Counted from the whole stretch's first letter, positions 10,811 to 24,374 are shown. The stretch is 63,251 nt of DNA, filler included, from Perkinsus chesapeaki ATCC PRA-425 (GCA_013115145.1; 9 parts of 9 records of this genome joined end to end with filler, not necessarily neighbours in it), one strand, 5' to 3'. A program made the numbers and translations. The notes: generated from the letters alone by a model not told the origin.

Positions 10811-11439
10811 TACTTCGAAATCTTGCCACTCAGTTATGCATGACAATATTACTCCAGATTGCCCGACTTCATACTAAACTAGTATTACTAGCAGCCAATA
10901 TCAGAATTTGAGTTTATCTGATTTATCAGCGTAAAGATCAAAATTTTTGATTCAAAAAGTGCAGCGCGTTAGAGTAACGAAAAATAGTTTAGATTAACAC
11001 GTTAATTTAACAGTACACGTTTTGGTTACCAATAAAAGTTGAGTTTAGCAATGTGGCATTTTCCTCCTTAAAAACAGATGAGGATATCAGTGAGATTTGA
11101 AGTTACCAAAAAGAGTTGAGATTAACAGAGTCTGACTCTGTTGATAGCAACCGTGTCACCCAGAAAAACGATTAGAACCCCAAGCCTTTTCTTAGGGAGC
11201 CAGCTTGGACTGGGCTACTCTGTCACTAACCGTCGAAGCATCAATTCGCTGCCAGGAAATAATGTGTGATTGCGAGGGAGTTGGTCCGTACTCAGGCGAT
11301 AGGCAGTGCCTGTTAGGCACCATCGTGGCGCCGCCATGCGCCACCATGATGGATCATGGCTTTCACGTGTTGTGGGTCCAGATTGATCCCCACAACTTGC
11401 TATATTCCTGATTTCCCCACAACCTATAATGTCCCGAAG

Positions 11440-11461
11440 GACACTAGTAGTGTCACACTAC
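11440..11461. other. 22-bp excision scar, X=GACACTAC
   Basis: GACACTA GTAGTGTC ACACTAC. Confidence 0.85.
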
Positions 11462-11999
11462 TATTTCCCGAAGGGCCCTCTGATGTATTAAACTTTCGCC
11501 ATTCCCTCTATAGCTGTCGAGCCCAATATCGATTAGTTTCGCAGAGTAATTGTGTTTGCGTACACATAGATTGGTGCAGAACTTAAGTGCGGTTAGTGCG
11601 CTTATATCTATTGTCCCAGGGTCGTAGTATTGGTATTCTGGCTCAAGCTGCTTTGTTGTGTTATTCTTAGGATTTCATCAGCTGATACCGCGACACACGT
11701 CGTGAAATTCACGAACGTCACATTCCACCCCTCTACAGTGGACTCCACCCCTCCACTGAGTGGAGGGGTGGAGGATGGAGGTGAGAAGTGGAGGCTCCAC
11801 TTCTCACCCACATGTCACAGATGGTGTCAACATCATTCATCTTGATCTACATTGTCATAGCTGCTGGGCATGACCAACTGAAAGATGCTTTCGACAATTT
11901 CAAGACATTGAGCGGTACTATACTTGACGCTGCGAGGACGTGCCGCACGGCCTCGCAATTATTGGGACGGCCCGTGCCAATTTAGGTCTGCCTTAAGGT

Positions 12000-13250
12000 A
12001 TGGCATATACACTCGAGGAAGAGGAGGAACACCTCGAAAGGTTCATATCCGACGTCAAGCGAATAGCTGCTCTTGGAAGTTTGCGCTCTGATGGGCTAGA
12101 AGAGCTATTCATTAAAAGCAGACCCGCTCTCATGCAAAGCGAGCTTCGGCGAGCTTTGAATGAGCGAGCTTCGATGCTCGAGTTCACTTCAGGGAGTGTG
12201 CTGACGTTATCAGGAATGTGCGGTGAGTCGTTTATAGCGCGGGACCATATATCCCGAAGTATGCCTTGTTTCTGGACTCCTCAGAGACCAAGGCAGGTGC
12301 AATAGCTTTGCAATAGTTGCAATAGCTGCTACTTTTTTTTGACCGTTCATGTATAAGCACCAAAGGAAGGTTTAAACAACATCTCTCTGCGGGTTATATT
12401 ATCGGCTGCTGCAGCTCCGCTGAACCTTCGAGTGGATGCACTCGGTGAGTAGCCATTCCTCAGGCTTTCGTGCGACGTTCAGAGGCTTTCTTGCTCAGAA
12501 AGCCTGGCTGCCCCGACGGTGGAGCCTGCTGAGCTCTGGCAGTTCATACAGAAAAATGGAATCCCCACTGGTACGTGAAGTCATCTTCGTCCGCAAGTCT
12601 CCTCTCGGATCAAATCGTATGTGATTGAGATGCTCAGGTGGGAACTATTCGCCCAAATTGGGCGAATCCAGTGGTTGCTGGCCATATGACTATCGACCAT
12701 GTGACCACGCACCGACGAACCCTTCCCTCTTAGGGTATACCCCCTGGAAGACTCTAGTAAGGAACCAACGATCAAGCTTGCTTTCTTTGATGTGTTTACA
12801 TATTAGCCAATTTCCAAGTTACTAACTTGCAAGACGAAGTGCCCCAATAGTAAATACAAAACTCAACTTAGAAAGTACTTGATGTGATGTGTGGGGTATC
12901 AGCATTGCAGATTATGTGCGTTCAGTGATTTGCACTTTGTGGATGAAGTAATCTCCCTCCCTAAGGACATCAACGCGATCAAGGAGGCAATCTATAAGGG
13001 GGGACCGGTGAGGAGTTCGCGATAACTTCCGACGAAGCTTCGCTTGAGGCGACATTTGACTCGATTGATCTGAAGTTGTTATAAAAGTCGTACACTTTTG
13101 CAGGTAATGGCTGACTTTTTAGTCCGGAACGATCTTTATTGGAAAACGAGATTTACTGGAACTTCCTTGGTTTAGTCTGGAGTTAGTAGTGGAACGAGCA
13201 ATGGGGTGATTTCGGTCGCGTCAGGGTGGCCCTCGGTCAGTGTCGCATAG
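12000..13250 (+). pseudogene. Cathepsin-B-like (papain C1A) pseudogene or inactive homologue, multi-exon; boundaries approximate
   Basis: Exon peptides ESFIARDH/YPEVC..LRDQGRCNSFA..DRSCI, GGNY..GCWPYDYRPCDH, CKTKCPN, IKEAIYKGGPV; catalytic Cys replaced by Phe (12307-12309); +1 frameshift near 12248; no HAV motif found. Confidence 0.75.
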
Positions 13251-14427
13251 AAGAGAAAATGACGTATGGGATCCCTAAAGTTAGTAGATAAACATTGCTG
13301 TCCCGCTCAGGAGCACCGTACTGATTTTGTGCTTTCTATGTAGCTGGTAGCTATGGTGATATTATCACCGTGATAAGCCAATATCTTATCAGTTATTACT
13401 TCAAATAGATTAGTGAGGTAACTGTTGGTACTTTGATGCCAGTAGTTCGTTAGTGGGCCCTATGTTATTAATAGTCGGTCAGTGTTGGGAACTCAACATT
13501 GAAAGATTACATGTAGTTGTAGGTGATCCCACCGATTGGTTTCCGATGATCTGCTAGCCTACTTGAATGCGGCTCTGAATCCCTTTTATGCTAAGAGTCT
13601 TAGCCTAAGACCCTTTCATATCATGTGGCCACACACATCTCCCGGGTCGGGAAGGATTGGGCAAAGTATCAGACATGACGGGACCGCAGCGCATTGCTAC
13701 GCCACAGCTCAGTATTTCTTCGATAGATGCAACCGTTACCTGTTTGTTCCGTCTCGCGCTGCATGCATGTACACGTATCTTATTGAGCGTTTCTCTATGA
13801 CGCGCACCGCCATTGTGTCCCGGGCGAGCCACTCCCTCTGTCCGTACGGGTTTTACTAACGCGACACTCCGTTTGCTCACATCTACTGTAGAAGCCGTAC
13901 CGGAACCTTTATTGGCGAATCCGGCGGGACGTAAGATGAAGCAGATTGCCTGTACGGCTAAGGTTAGGACCGTTATAATAACACCCGTGTCCGGTGTAGT
14001 GACTACACCGGACAAGGGGGTCTGGACAAGGGCAACAGGAACAACTTGTTCCTGTTGCCGTCTTGTTCCGAACAAGACGGCAACAGATGCGCGATTCTGT
14101 GCGCACGGTGATGGGATGCAAATTTCGCCCGCCCTGTTATATAACACAAACCGTTTCGTATTTGACCTTGTCCTTCAAGTATGTATTACTATATGTTCAA
14201 AACTTGCCGCCCTTCAAATTTCAGAACAAAACTCAAAATTGGCTGAGAAATAATTTTTTCGCGATTTGCCTAAGGAAAATGCACGGTCCTTAGAGCCTCT
14301 AAGTTAGAGGTCTCCTTCCTTGTCCATTCCCCAGGGTAGAGGCGGCGATTTCAAGTACTAGTGGAAACTCAATGACCATTTTCGCTTTATTTAACAACCA
14401 GACAGTGTGAGGCATGCGTTTGACATA

Positions 14428-17400
14428 TCAAAGAACGTCCAATTCTGGACACTGCAAAGTCTTCGACTTCTTCATCAGCTCTTCCAGCTCACTCCGCGTT
14501 TTCTCGAGACGAGCCTCCAAAGAGGTCTGATCATATCAACATCAAACGTGGTTAGTATACGTATCCCACTTTGCGTTTTCGAGCACCCTCGAGTGCTTCC
14601 TGTTTCTTTGTCAGCTCGTTCTTTATCTTTTCAAGGCTCTCCTGGGAGGCCTTCTGAGACCTCTCCGCCTTGCTCAAGGCGGCTATCTCAACATTCAACC
14701 GAGAAGCGGCATCTCGAACCTGAGCGTTGATGTGTGTCAACTCGGCTAGATGTCGAGTAAGCTACATCATTGCCCCGGTCGACCTGGTTCACTCTGAGTT
14801 GCTTCACAACTTCGGCGGCCATATTCATTTGGCTTTTAAGCGGCTCCAATTGCTTCCGTAACTTCCCCTCCTCCTCCTCAATCTTATCGTAATCGCTCAT
14901 CAAATTCGTCACATTCTTCATCTAAAAATCCGACTCCACAACTCCAGTCTACCGTATCGGCACCCTACCACTCCCCGTAGAGCATCCTCATCTAGCTTCT
15001 TCTCTTTTCTAATTTCTTCTGTAGATGCCTTCAAAGCTTTCACTGCTTTCTCAATAGCAGTTTTCCTGTCACGGCTGCTGCTGCCACCAACTATTAACCA
15101 GCTTGCCATTCACCTTTTCATCAGCTGCTGTTCAAGTGTCTTGCTATGTTCATATCGGTCGGATACCTCCTGTAGCTTCGTATGGCTGTCGCTGCTTGCC
15201 TCGTGAGCTCTTTCGTATTTCTCAGCGAAAATCGCTTGTTCCTCAGTCAGATGGTCATATGTGACCGTCTGCATGTCAACCGCCGGTTTCAGGCGTTCCA
15301 TGAGAAGTGACTTACATTATTCTTCTCCTCCTTCTTTGAGATGTCATTACGTTTCTCGAGCTCGCTCAATATCTTCGATGCCGTCTCAGACTGCTCCACG
15401 GCCTTCTTCAACTTCGTCGCGATGAGATCTCGGTCTCTCTGGGCATCACTCACCTCACCAACGAGGCTCTGAGAATTCTTCAGAGTGCGTCTTGTCTCCC
15501 AGTCAACTTACCCTCACGCGGCTCTCTATCATACCCACAGTGGTATTAGCCTTATAAAGGGCGAGATCGACCTACTTCGAGAATGCCATGACAATCTGCC
15601 CGGATTCTAACCTCAGTTGTGAGCTTCTCAATAAGCTCCTCTGACATATTAGCTGCGACCTGTTTCGATGGATTCTGTACAAACGTTCGTAGCTCGACTT
15701 GGTCAGGTGTGTCTTCCGCTCCTAAAGGGATCACCTTGAATGATGTAAGGTGAGCCAGTAAGACTTACGAGACCCGTGACGGAGCCGTTTGAACTGCAAC
15801 AAGGATTCGATTGGATCTGGTAATCCGTCATTTTCCGTAACTGCCGCAGTCGCGGAATCTTCCTCTTCATCACGGGCAGACCTGGACAGGAAACCATACC
15901 AACTTTCGCTCAAATCCTATCAGTGACCCCTCCGGGGGGGGCCCAGTTAACTTACTTAGCAGCATTATCCATAAGAAGGCTTTTAGCATGCTCAACTTCC
16001 TTTCTTGCTTGTTCCAACATCCTGTCAGCTTCCGATGAGGAGGAGTTCGTTACGTTAACTCGCTGAGCTTCAAGCCTAGATACTCTCAGTCCAACAAGTT
16101 GCCCAGTTGCCCAGTAGTTGTCTTACACTTCTCTGGCCTTTTGCAGTCTCAATATGTCCCCGCTTTTGGCGTTGAACCTTGATACGAGAAATAACAATGG
16201 ACCCAGCAAAGACTACTTCAATGAGGTGGTTCAGTCTAACCCAACAACCATACCAGGACGACGTCGTCATCCTTTCTATAACAATGCCAAGTATAACCAT
16301 ATCAGCGCTTCTTATATTTGTACCAACGGAATTTTTCGCTCAACGTTTATCCATACAAGCACTATGTTTGATCGATCGGATTTCAACAATCAAATCCTTA
16401 ATTGTCAATCATATCCATCATCCCATATTTCAGCCTTAATAATCCCTCAGCTAGACTTTCTCCATTTTCACCGAGAACCCTTTCCCCGAACATTTGCTCA
16501 CTCTTGTTTAGCCGCCTCCAACTGTGTCTTGACCAGATGAAGCCTCTCCTGAGCTTGCTTCAGGTCTCTCGTATTCATCTCCGTTGCCACACGTGCCAGT
16601 GACCCTTCACAAGAGTCCAGTCCTCACCCATCCTCACAGCGCCCTTACTGTTCTTCAGCATGGCCGAATCCAACTGCCTATCCAGCTCATCTAGTCTTCG
16701 TTTGCTGTCCTCTACCTTCGTTTGATATTCCGAACTGACATCGGCAGTTCTGCCGACATCCCCCAAAGCACCTACATGTAGCCGTCCAACTCGCTCCGCT
16801 TTTTCTCAATTTCCTTCTCCTCGTTTCTTGCCTTAGTATTCTGCTCCTTTGCCGCTTCAAGCTTGGATTCCTAAACAGATATATTCAACAGAGCCCGAAA
16901 TATGCCGCTAGCCCGACCCCTACCAGCTTTTTCAGCGCCCCTTGATGACTGCTATAAGATTTAATAGATACTGCGAGTGACTGTTGTCGCTCAGCAAGAG
17001 CCTCACCGGCCTTCCTGAAGGTTCTGAGAAACTTCCCAATGTCGTTCAGTCAACAAGACAAGTGCCCGACTCAGTTTTGGAGGCAACGTTGTCCTTAACC
17101 ATCTTTTCCTTGGCTCGGGCATCTTGGAGCATCCCACCCACACGGGCCTCCTCTGACGACACTCCCTGAAATAGGATCGCTTCGCAACACACAACTCCAG
17201 CGGGAGTCGCCTAGTTTTCATAATGCGCACGTCGCCCTAAGATTCTCCGAGCTCAGTTTCACTGACCACCCCCGAATACTACCTTCATCTTACTCTCAAC
17301 ATTGGATACAAAGCTCTTAAGATCCTTCAAACGCTCTTCCTTCGTTCCCAGAGTTTCCTAAACAATCCTCCCAGCTTTCTTTTCCCCTTTCCTATTACAG

Positions 17401-17763
17401 TGGCCTTCTGCAATGCAGCTTCCTTTGACGCCAGGGAACTCTCGGCCACCTTCACGTCAGATTTCTACCAACAAAGCCCGCTAATTTACCCCTGTAATAC
17501 TATCTTACTGCGCTGTGAACCCTCGCCATCTTTCCTTCCAACTCATCGGTGAGCTCCCTAAAGCGAGATACTTAACGGAGCCGGCCTTGACAACACCCTA
17601 CCCCATGCGATCTTGCAGCTCGCTCTCGCCGTTGGAGCACTCGGTCATCTCGTCCTCGGCTGACTTGACGCTGAGCTCAAGATTCCTTACATTCTGCTGA
17701 GCTGCGAGAGCTTGCTGGTATCTTTTGAGGAATCATTTCATCCTACAACAAAGGCAATTACAT
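14428..17763 (-). CDS. Long coiled-coil protein, many short introns; 5' end approximate
   Basis: Successive E/K/L/Q-rich heptad exons (e.g. LEKIKNELTKKQEALE, QTKVEDSKRRLDELDRQLD) separated by about 50-nt GT-AG introns; stop at 14428. Confidence 0.7.
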
Positions 17764-18066
17764 TGTCGAGCAGTCCGGGTTGGGCGCGCCGGTGTCCAAT
17801 GAAGCCTGGCCCGAAGAGCCCCTAAAACCATGTGATAAATATAGGAGTGTCCCAGCTAGTGGGGACCAATGAAGCCGCATAGTTAAATTTGGTGATATAA
17901 ACAGTAATGGCTGAAAGGGAAGGCTCTTTTTACTCATGTGGTCGTCAGGAACTTCAACCGAAAATGCGCAGTCAGAGTAGCGCGCGCCATTCTAATCGAT
18001 TATTTATAAAGCACGGACCCTTCCCGTTGCAGTATACGTACGTAGGTTTGCAACAGGTTTGTTTTC

Positions 18067-19928
18067 ATGTCTCCTAGGCGACCAGTTGTTCTGGTTACAG
18101 GCGGTAGAGGTCTCGTAGGGAAGGCTGTCGAGCAGGAGGTACTTCCGGAGCACTTGTCGTTGAACCTGGCATCCACGAAGGGTCAGAAGCTTCTGGGTTA
18201 GAATGATTGCTTTGGCTTTCTATCATATAATGCACTGCCACACGCGGCTGAAGACTTACTTCGCTGTCGTCTCGACATTGCTTTTCAATAGGCTTTAAAA
18301 TTGACGAGCGGTACTCAAGTTCGTCACAAGATACTCTGCAGCACCATTTTGTGTCATCTCTTCTAGGTAGGGAGATTGCCGCCCACTTCGCCTGGGGCCG
18401 ATGCCGAATGGCACTTTGTTCACTCTGGCGATGCCGACCTTCGTGACCCCGAAGCTACCGCTGCTCTGTTTGATAAGTACTGCCGCTCGCTCCGCACTAT
18501 GAATAATTTTCCCGCGCAGTATCCAGCCGACACATCTCGTCCATTTGGCCGCCAGAGTCGGCGGACTGTTTGCCAATATGGAAGACAACTTGGGATTTTT
18601 CGAGGAGAATCTCAAGCTCAATAGCAACGTGCTAAGGAACGCCGCCCGTACCGGGGTGATGAACGAACTAAACTCGTATGTAACAAAATGTCACAGGTCA
18701 GAAACGCCATATTTTGCCTGAGCACTTGCGTCTTTCCCGCTGCTGCCGAGCTGCCCATCACAGAATCCGACCTCCATCAAGGTTGGTATACTTTAATAGA
18801 ACTGGAAGATGCAATATCATCAGGGCCTCCGCATTTCTCGAATGAAGGTTACGCATATAGTAAACGAATGATGGAGTGCGAGGTTCGGTATTACCGGAAA
18901 GCGTACGGCTCCACTAGTGAGTGATTTTGCCGATAATACAACAGGTACAATCTACCCAACTGGCTTTGTGTCGTGCCCACTAACATATATGGTCCCTATG
19001 ACAACTTCCATTTGGTGGGCTCTCATGTGGTACCAGCACTCATTCGGAAATGCTATCAAGCAAAAGAGCAGGGACAGGTGGCGATTCGGAGTTTGTTGGC
19101 CGAGACAGGTCGACGTTTCTTAGGCATTCGTAGTGCTGGGAACTGGCAAGCCTTTACGTCAATTCATCTACTCCATGGACATGGCGGTAAGCTTTGGTCT
19201 ACTTGTGCCAGAAGTAGTTGCTTTTCAGCGGATCATCCTTCAACTCTTATTCGAGCCACCTCAGAAGGGGGATGTTGATCCGACGGTTACAGAGAGACAA
19301 GAGATTGTGTCGTAATAAGGGTCATGCAGTTGAACAGGGTGATTCGGGGCAACGGGAATGTGGGCTGAGATATTGATAAAGGAAGTAAATACGAATGAGG
19401 AAGTTTTCTGGAAGTCTAATATGGGTTGGTGACCAGCTTGAGCAGCCTTGGATGAACTGCTGGTCTGTAAATTCGTACGTCCATCAAGCGTGTTGGATAT
19501 GAACACTTCCGTGTTGAAATGTATGCTTTATTAAACGCATGTCTTCAAGTTGAGTGTTTCTTAATAGATCCTCTTCCGAACTGGGGGTTCTTTCCCAAAG
19601 CCTCTTCATAGAAGTATCTTCAGTTACATATGTTGCGGTGATAAAGACTCAGTGGATGGCGAAATTAGTATAGCAGAAGTTGCCCGGACTATTGCTAAAG
19701 CGATGGGCTTTCATGGAGAACTCAAGGTGATTTTTACAAGTCTGGAAGCTACAAATTTCGTGCCAGTTCGACTCGACTAAAAGCGATGGTATCTTTCGGA
19801 AGACGGCCAGTAACGATAGGCTCCGGAAAGAAGTGCTACCTGACGACTTCGAGTTCACTCCGTTTGAGGAGGGCATAACTAAGACTTGTGAATGGTTTGT
19901 GAATCACCACGATGAAGCAAGGATGTGA
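18067..19928 (+). CDS. GFUS: GDP-L-fucose synthase (GDP-4-keto-6-deoxymannose epimerase/reductase), spliced
   Basis: VLVTGGRGLVG, HLAARVGGLFAN, CLSTCVFP, GPPHFSNEGYAYSKR, PTNIYGPYDNF..SHVVPALIRK, GTGKPLRQFIYS, C-terminal TPFEEGITKTCEWF. Confidence 0.95.
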
Positions 19929-20020
19929 ACGATAGAATCATTCATAGTTGGTTGCGATGCTGAGAATTATAGTGCAAGTAAATTAAGGAGAGGATTGTCA
20001 ATGTTGATATTGAAAAAGTG

Positions 20021-20042
20021 GACTCATCATGAGTCACTCATG
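20021..20042. other. 22-bp excision scar, X=GACTCATG
   Basis: GACTCAT CATGAGTC ACTCATG. Confidence 0.85.
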
Positions 20043-20868
20043 ACACAAATGGGGGACACTGACCGCTATTTCACCAATAAAAGACACTACCTCTAATGTG
20101 AGCGTTCATGGCTTCGGCTTCCTTGCCAAATCTCCGATAAGCTATTTGACGACGCATCCATCGACTTTGCAAGGTCCATAACGGACCACGGAGATAAGCA
20201 TAAGAGATACAGAATACTGTTAATTGTATGTTACCATGATACCATACAAACTGTATACGACTTACAATTACTGTGCAATATGTCAAACGCTCCATGCATG
20301 ATAGGTCTCCTCCAAAATGTTGATCTTAAAGTACCAAATATATCCTTATTGTGATTCACTGGTGCTTTTTTTTCATCTGGCTGTAATGTGATGCGTATAG
20401 GGTGTTCGGTATGCCTCATCTGAAATTGAAATTGATTGTTCCTAGGATTTAACCTAGCACATATGAGGCGCTCTTGGGAGCGCTTTTGAATGACGGAAAA
20501 GGTCGTCTGTTGAATGGCCTAGTAGTTTCTGATTCAGTTTATATCCTTCTATTCGTGCGTGTGTGCTTATCATTCAGCTGCATCTTCATGTAGCTCTTCT
20601 TCTGGATACAATAGGAAACAGCTGAGTTGGTTCCGATGAGATGACAGCTCTGGAAATTGGACCTTTGGCTAATTATTAATATTCATCGAGGTGATGTGAA
20701 CCTTCCAAGCATCCTGTATTTGGCATGGAGTCCCTGGCAACCTTAATAACTCAATTCATGAAATCTACATGACATCAACATTTGATGAACACTCATGGAA
20801 GTAGCAATAGCAATAACAATAATCATGTAGAGTGACTAGCCATGGCGGTGAGATAGTCTGTGAGGAAG

Positions 20869-21831
20869 TTAATAAGGCCGATCGGGGTACATTTGTCTTA
20901 AAGCTTGAAGCACGCGCTGTTCGCGGAAGGAAAGAACCCAACCAATGCCGATATCATAATCCTTCGGAGGATGTCCGGCAACTAGCTTGAACAATCTTCT
21001 GCAATCATCGGGCTTAGTCGGATCGATATTCTTAATCTTATCCTTAACTTCTTTAGTAAAATGATGGAATGGTGAGTACTCCGCAACAGCAGCTTCCCCT
21101 GTGAAATCCACACGTCTACCCTCAAACCGACGGTCTTCAAGGTAGACTGTAAGTTTCTCCGTCCTGATGAAGAAGATTATAACGATGAAGTAGGAGGAGC
21201 TGAATATTGAAGTAGTGCAATGTCAGAGCCGAAAGATTGATACCTCCAATAAGTGTCTATGCATTCCATACCAGACATCAAACAACGAGCTTACTCGACC
21301 ATGTAGGTGCTGTCCTCAGCAATGAACGTAGACTCTACTATCCCCTCAGCTCCCATGGTAAAATATAAGCGCCAGTCTTTTGCTTTATATCGGCATACGT
21401 TGAAGTCACTGTGGGCTGATCCTGGAAGCTGAGACAGTGGTGAACATGATCATGGCGAAGCAGACGGAGTTTCCGACTCGTAATTACTAGGAGAAATTGG
21501 TTACCTGTATAGCGGAATCCGATATCGCTTGCAGTATATTTTATCGATTTTCTTGGACATGCCAGACATGCCAACCTACGGAGAGCGGCATGAGCTCATG
21601 TACTGGATGATGATATCATATCATTGCCATGTCATTGTTTTTGATGAAACTCACCTCCAAGGCACCCATCCTACTTGGCAGATTAGAAGATACCTGAAAT
21701 ATGACTTGTATAATCTGACGGATGTTAAGACGTCCCGTTAGCATCATCGTTACCTCATCCTTATTTGCAGTTCGTATAGCTGATACGATGACTGCTGAAG
21801 ATATGATAGCTTTAATGTTTAAAGATACCAT
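20869..21831 (-). CDS. Lineage-specific secreted protein, family member A (spliced)
   Basis: Signal-peptide-like MVSLNIKAIISSAVIVSA; C-terminal KIKNIDP..DDCRRLF.L...PP.DY..G.GW...F motif shared with 23296 and 30652. Confidence 0.65.
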
Positions 21832-21847
21832 TTATTAACAGGGCACC

Positions 21848-23150
21848 CTATTTGACAGTTAGTGGCGCTTTACAAGGCTGACGTAAATAGCTGCTCATAA
21901 TATATACATAAAGATGGGGATCTTCGTAAGTACGAAGAGCAGATAATAGAACGGCAGCAGTTCTCACATATTCATCCCGTAATAGTAACAGTTCTACGCG
22001 ATTCCAGGATATAGTCGGTCGAAGCCACGACAAAACTGATACAGCCTGGAACAAATTAGTAGGAGCTCAGTACAGTCGGATTCCAGTACTAAATAGATCG
22101 TAAAATGGCCTGGAGATTGCCGACGGAAATCCTGACACGTACAGGATTTCCTTCGGCGAAATTGTCAGGATTGGAGTTGAACCATGATGGTAAGTTACCA
22201 TTGGTAACATTTGCTAATTATATTGCGAACAGCTCAGTGTAAACCCATTGTATTACCATGAGACTGTTGATTAAATGAATCTATTTACGCACCAAAAAGA
22301 GACGAGACAGAAAGCGTTTGAGTTGACGAGCGCGCGTCGTGATAATGAGCTCATCGTCTGGTAAACTTACTATGTCCATGTCGAGCGCATGCTGTGCAGT
22401 GCACAGTGTGCACGACACACTTACCACCTGAAGTTCAGCGTTGAACTCGAGTGTAATCTCGGGAGTTCCCAGCTCCCCTTCAGGTGGACCTTATCAACGG
22501 TCGCTGATAGAAGCTGTATGGGTGGTGCAGCAATTGAAATTTAGACAGTCCCTGAAGAGCAAGGCTTACTCTCCGGCGTAACGCTGTTGCAATCTGTTCG
22601 TGATCAACTGGGGTGCAAGACTGAGTTACCGAGAATGACCATCGGGGATCATCGGGGTCGTAGGCAAATTGCCTAAGCTAAACTACAAACAACTCATATG
22701 GGGTGATCATGAGTGCATGGTCGCGAAGCATGAAATGCAGCTCGGTGAAGGCACTTGAAGATTCGCTCCAGGCTTGCGCACCGAAAATGCAGACAGCTGG
22801 AGAGTGATTTACCATTATACAAATAGCTTATAATGGTGAAACGCGCTCATCCCTTGGAGCTGCTGGGCCAGGGTATATGTGTAGCTCTGTTCCTAGCCTA
22901 GGTATCCAAGCGTGTTTATAAGATCCACCGTGTATGCGCCCACTAGCTGAGTGAATACAACAGTCCCTTAAACACCACTATTGTCATCAACTGGTTAGGA
23001 ATAATCATCTCGATTACTCAACTCGGCTGTCCCCGAGGTTAGTACCGAGAACGAGTTCCCGGTGGGTTATGCGAAGATTACTGCAGAGATCCACCACAAG
23101 CCTTGCCCGCTGGATAATCTCCTGTGTGACATATCGCCATCAGGCATGCC
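21848..23150 (-). CDS. Hypothetical multi-exon gene
   Basis: Several protein-like open segments bounded by GT/AG (e.g. EIIQRARLVVDLCSNLRITHRELVLG, AFTELHFMLRDHALMITP); no family recognised. Confidence 0.35.
22392..22413. other. 22-bp excision scar, X=CTGTGCAC
   Basis: CTGTGCA GTGCACAG TGTGCAC. Confidence 0.85.
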
Positions 23151-23295
23151 GAAACGTTGCTCCGGCTCCCGGACGTACGACACTGTCGTACGTCCTGGCC
23201 TCAGTTGAATATGACTAGTGAACTCAATCGACTATTTATACATGACAGATAACAACATTCAATATATACCGATGAACATCATGAGGCATCGTAGA

Positions 23296-23954
23296 TCACT
23301 TGCGAGGAATAGGGAATGTCCTCTGGTTCTGGACTTTTCTCATGTGTGGTAGGGCCTTGACCTTTTCAATACTTGTCTTGAGGAACTCACCCAACCAGCC
23401 AGGTCCCTTCTGGTATCCTTCAGGAGGGTTGTCGAAAATGAGTTTGAAAACACGTTTGCAATCTTCATAGGTCTTCGCTGTAAGTGCCTTGAGCTCTTCT
23501 TCAACCTTCTCAAGGTTATCAGGGAAGGTTGACATGCATTTAGTGGACGATCTGGAACAGAGAGTCGCGCGGCCGAGATCAGGACTTGAGGCCGTCAAAT
23601 TCCTTCCCTTCACGCTGAGAGGAAAGATCATCATTATACTGCGAATGCAGAGGCCGTCAAATTGGCTGATCATGACTTACTCTATGTCGATCCACTTGCT
23701 TTCATCCTTCTGGTAAATTAAAAGGGTTTCTAACCCGTTGGTCATGGTCGCTTCGGCCTCCCATTCCTTGTTTCCCCAATAAACACATTTTCCGTTATCC
23801 CACTTGATATGCTCGTAATCCTGAGGGTAACGTAGGTTATCAGATCAATGTTGAACAGCTTAGAACCTACTTTGGCACCGGTCCTTAAATCTCCAACTGC
23901 ACGCAAGGCTGCAACAGTGGGGGCAGCGACGAAGAGGGTATAAGAGAAGATCAT
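23296..23954 (-). CDS. Lineage-specific secreted protein, family member B (3 exons)
   Basis: Signal peptide MIFSYTLFVAAPTVAA; a splice model gives a continuous ORF; C-terminal EELKALTAKTYEDCKRVFKL..NPPEGYQKGPGW motif. Confidence 0.7.
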
Positions 23955-24374
23955 TCCACAAAGGAAGACAACTGAATGCCGCCGAGGCTCACTTGGGTAG
24001 ACAGTCTGAGAGCATCTTTATCTCACTTGGGTCAACATTTGGAAGGCCCCCATAGGAGACGGAGACGTGGATCAAACCGACGATAAAGCGCCACGCCGTT
24101 AATCGATTTATGATTTTAGTGCAAAGTACGGGAACTCCGCTTTACCATATCCTCGTAAAACCGAAACTGTGGGACTTGAAACAACGAATAGTACAATGGA
24201 TTGAACTAAGGAGCTACTCATTAGTTACAGCCTAACCTGGACGGGTGAGATGGGACCTATAGACATAATGAGAGGGTTTGTAAAAATCACTGTGGCAGAC
24301 TTGAAGCATATCACACGTCTCGCCTGAGACGAGACTGGGGACGAGTCATCTCCAGTCGTTTATAAAGCGCTCGC

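Noticed and set aside
11637-11647. TCTGGCTCAAG matching the 3' end of the short Perkinsus spliced leader; also CCGTAGCCA on the minus strand near 57540
   Set aside because: Only 9-11 nt, not followed by a GT donor or Sm site, and lies in probable coding sequence; no SL RNA gene found
23171-23195. Isolated odd palindromes (23171-23195, 49532-49550, 60600-60616, 11124-11142, 43586-43600) as terminators or a REP-like family
   Set aside because: No U-tracts and no shared sequence; more simply one-sided versions of the excision scar, and not counted among the perfect scars
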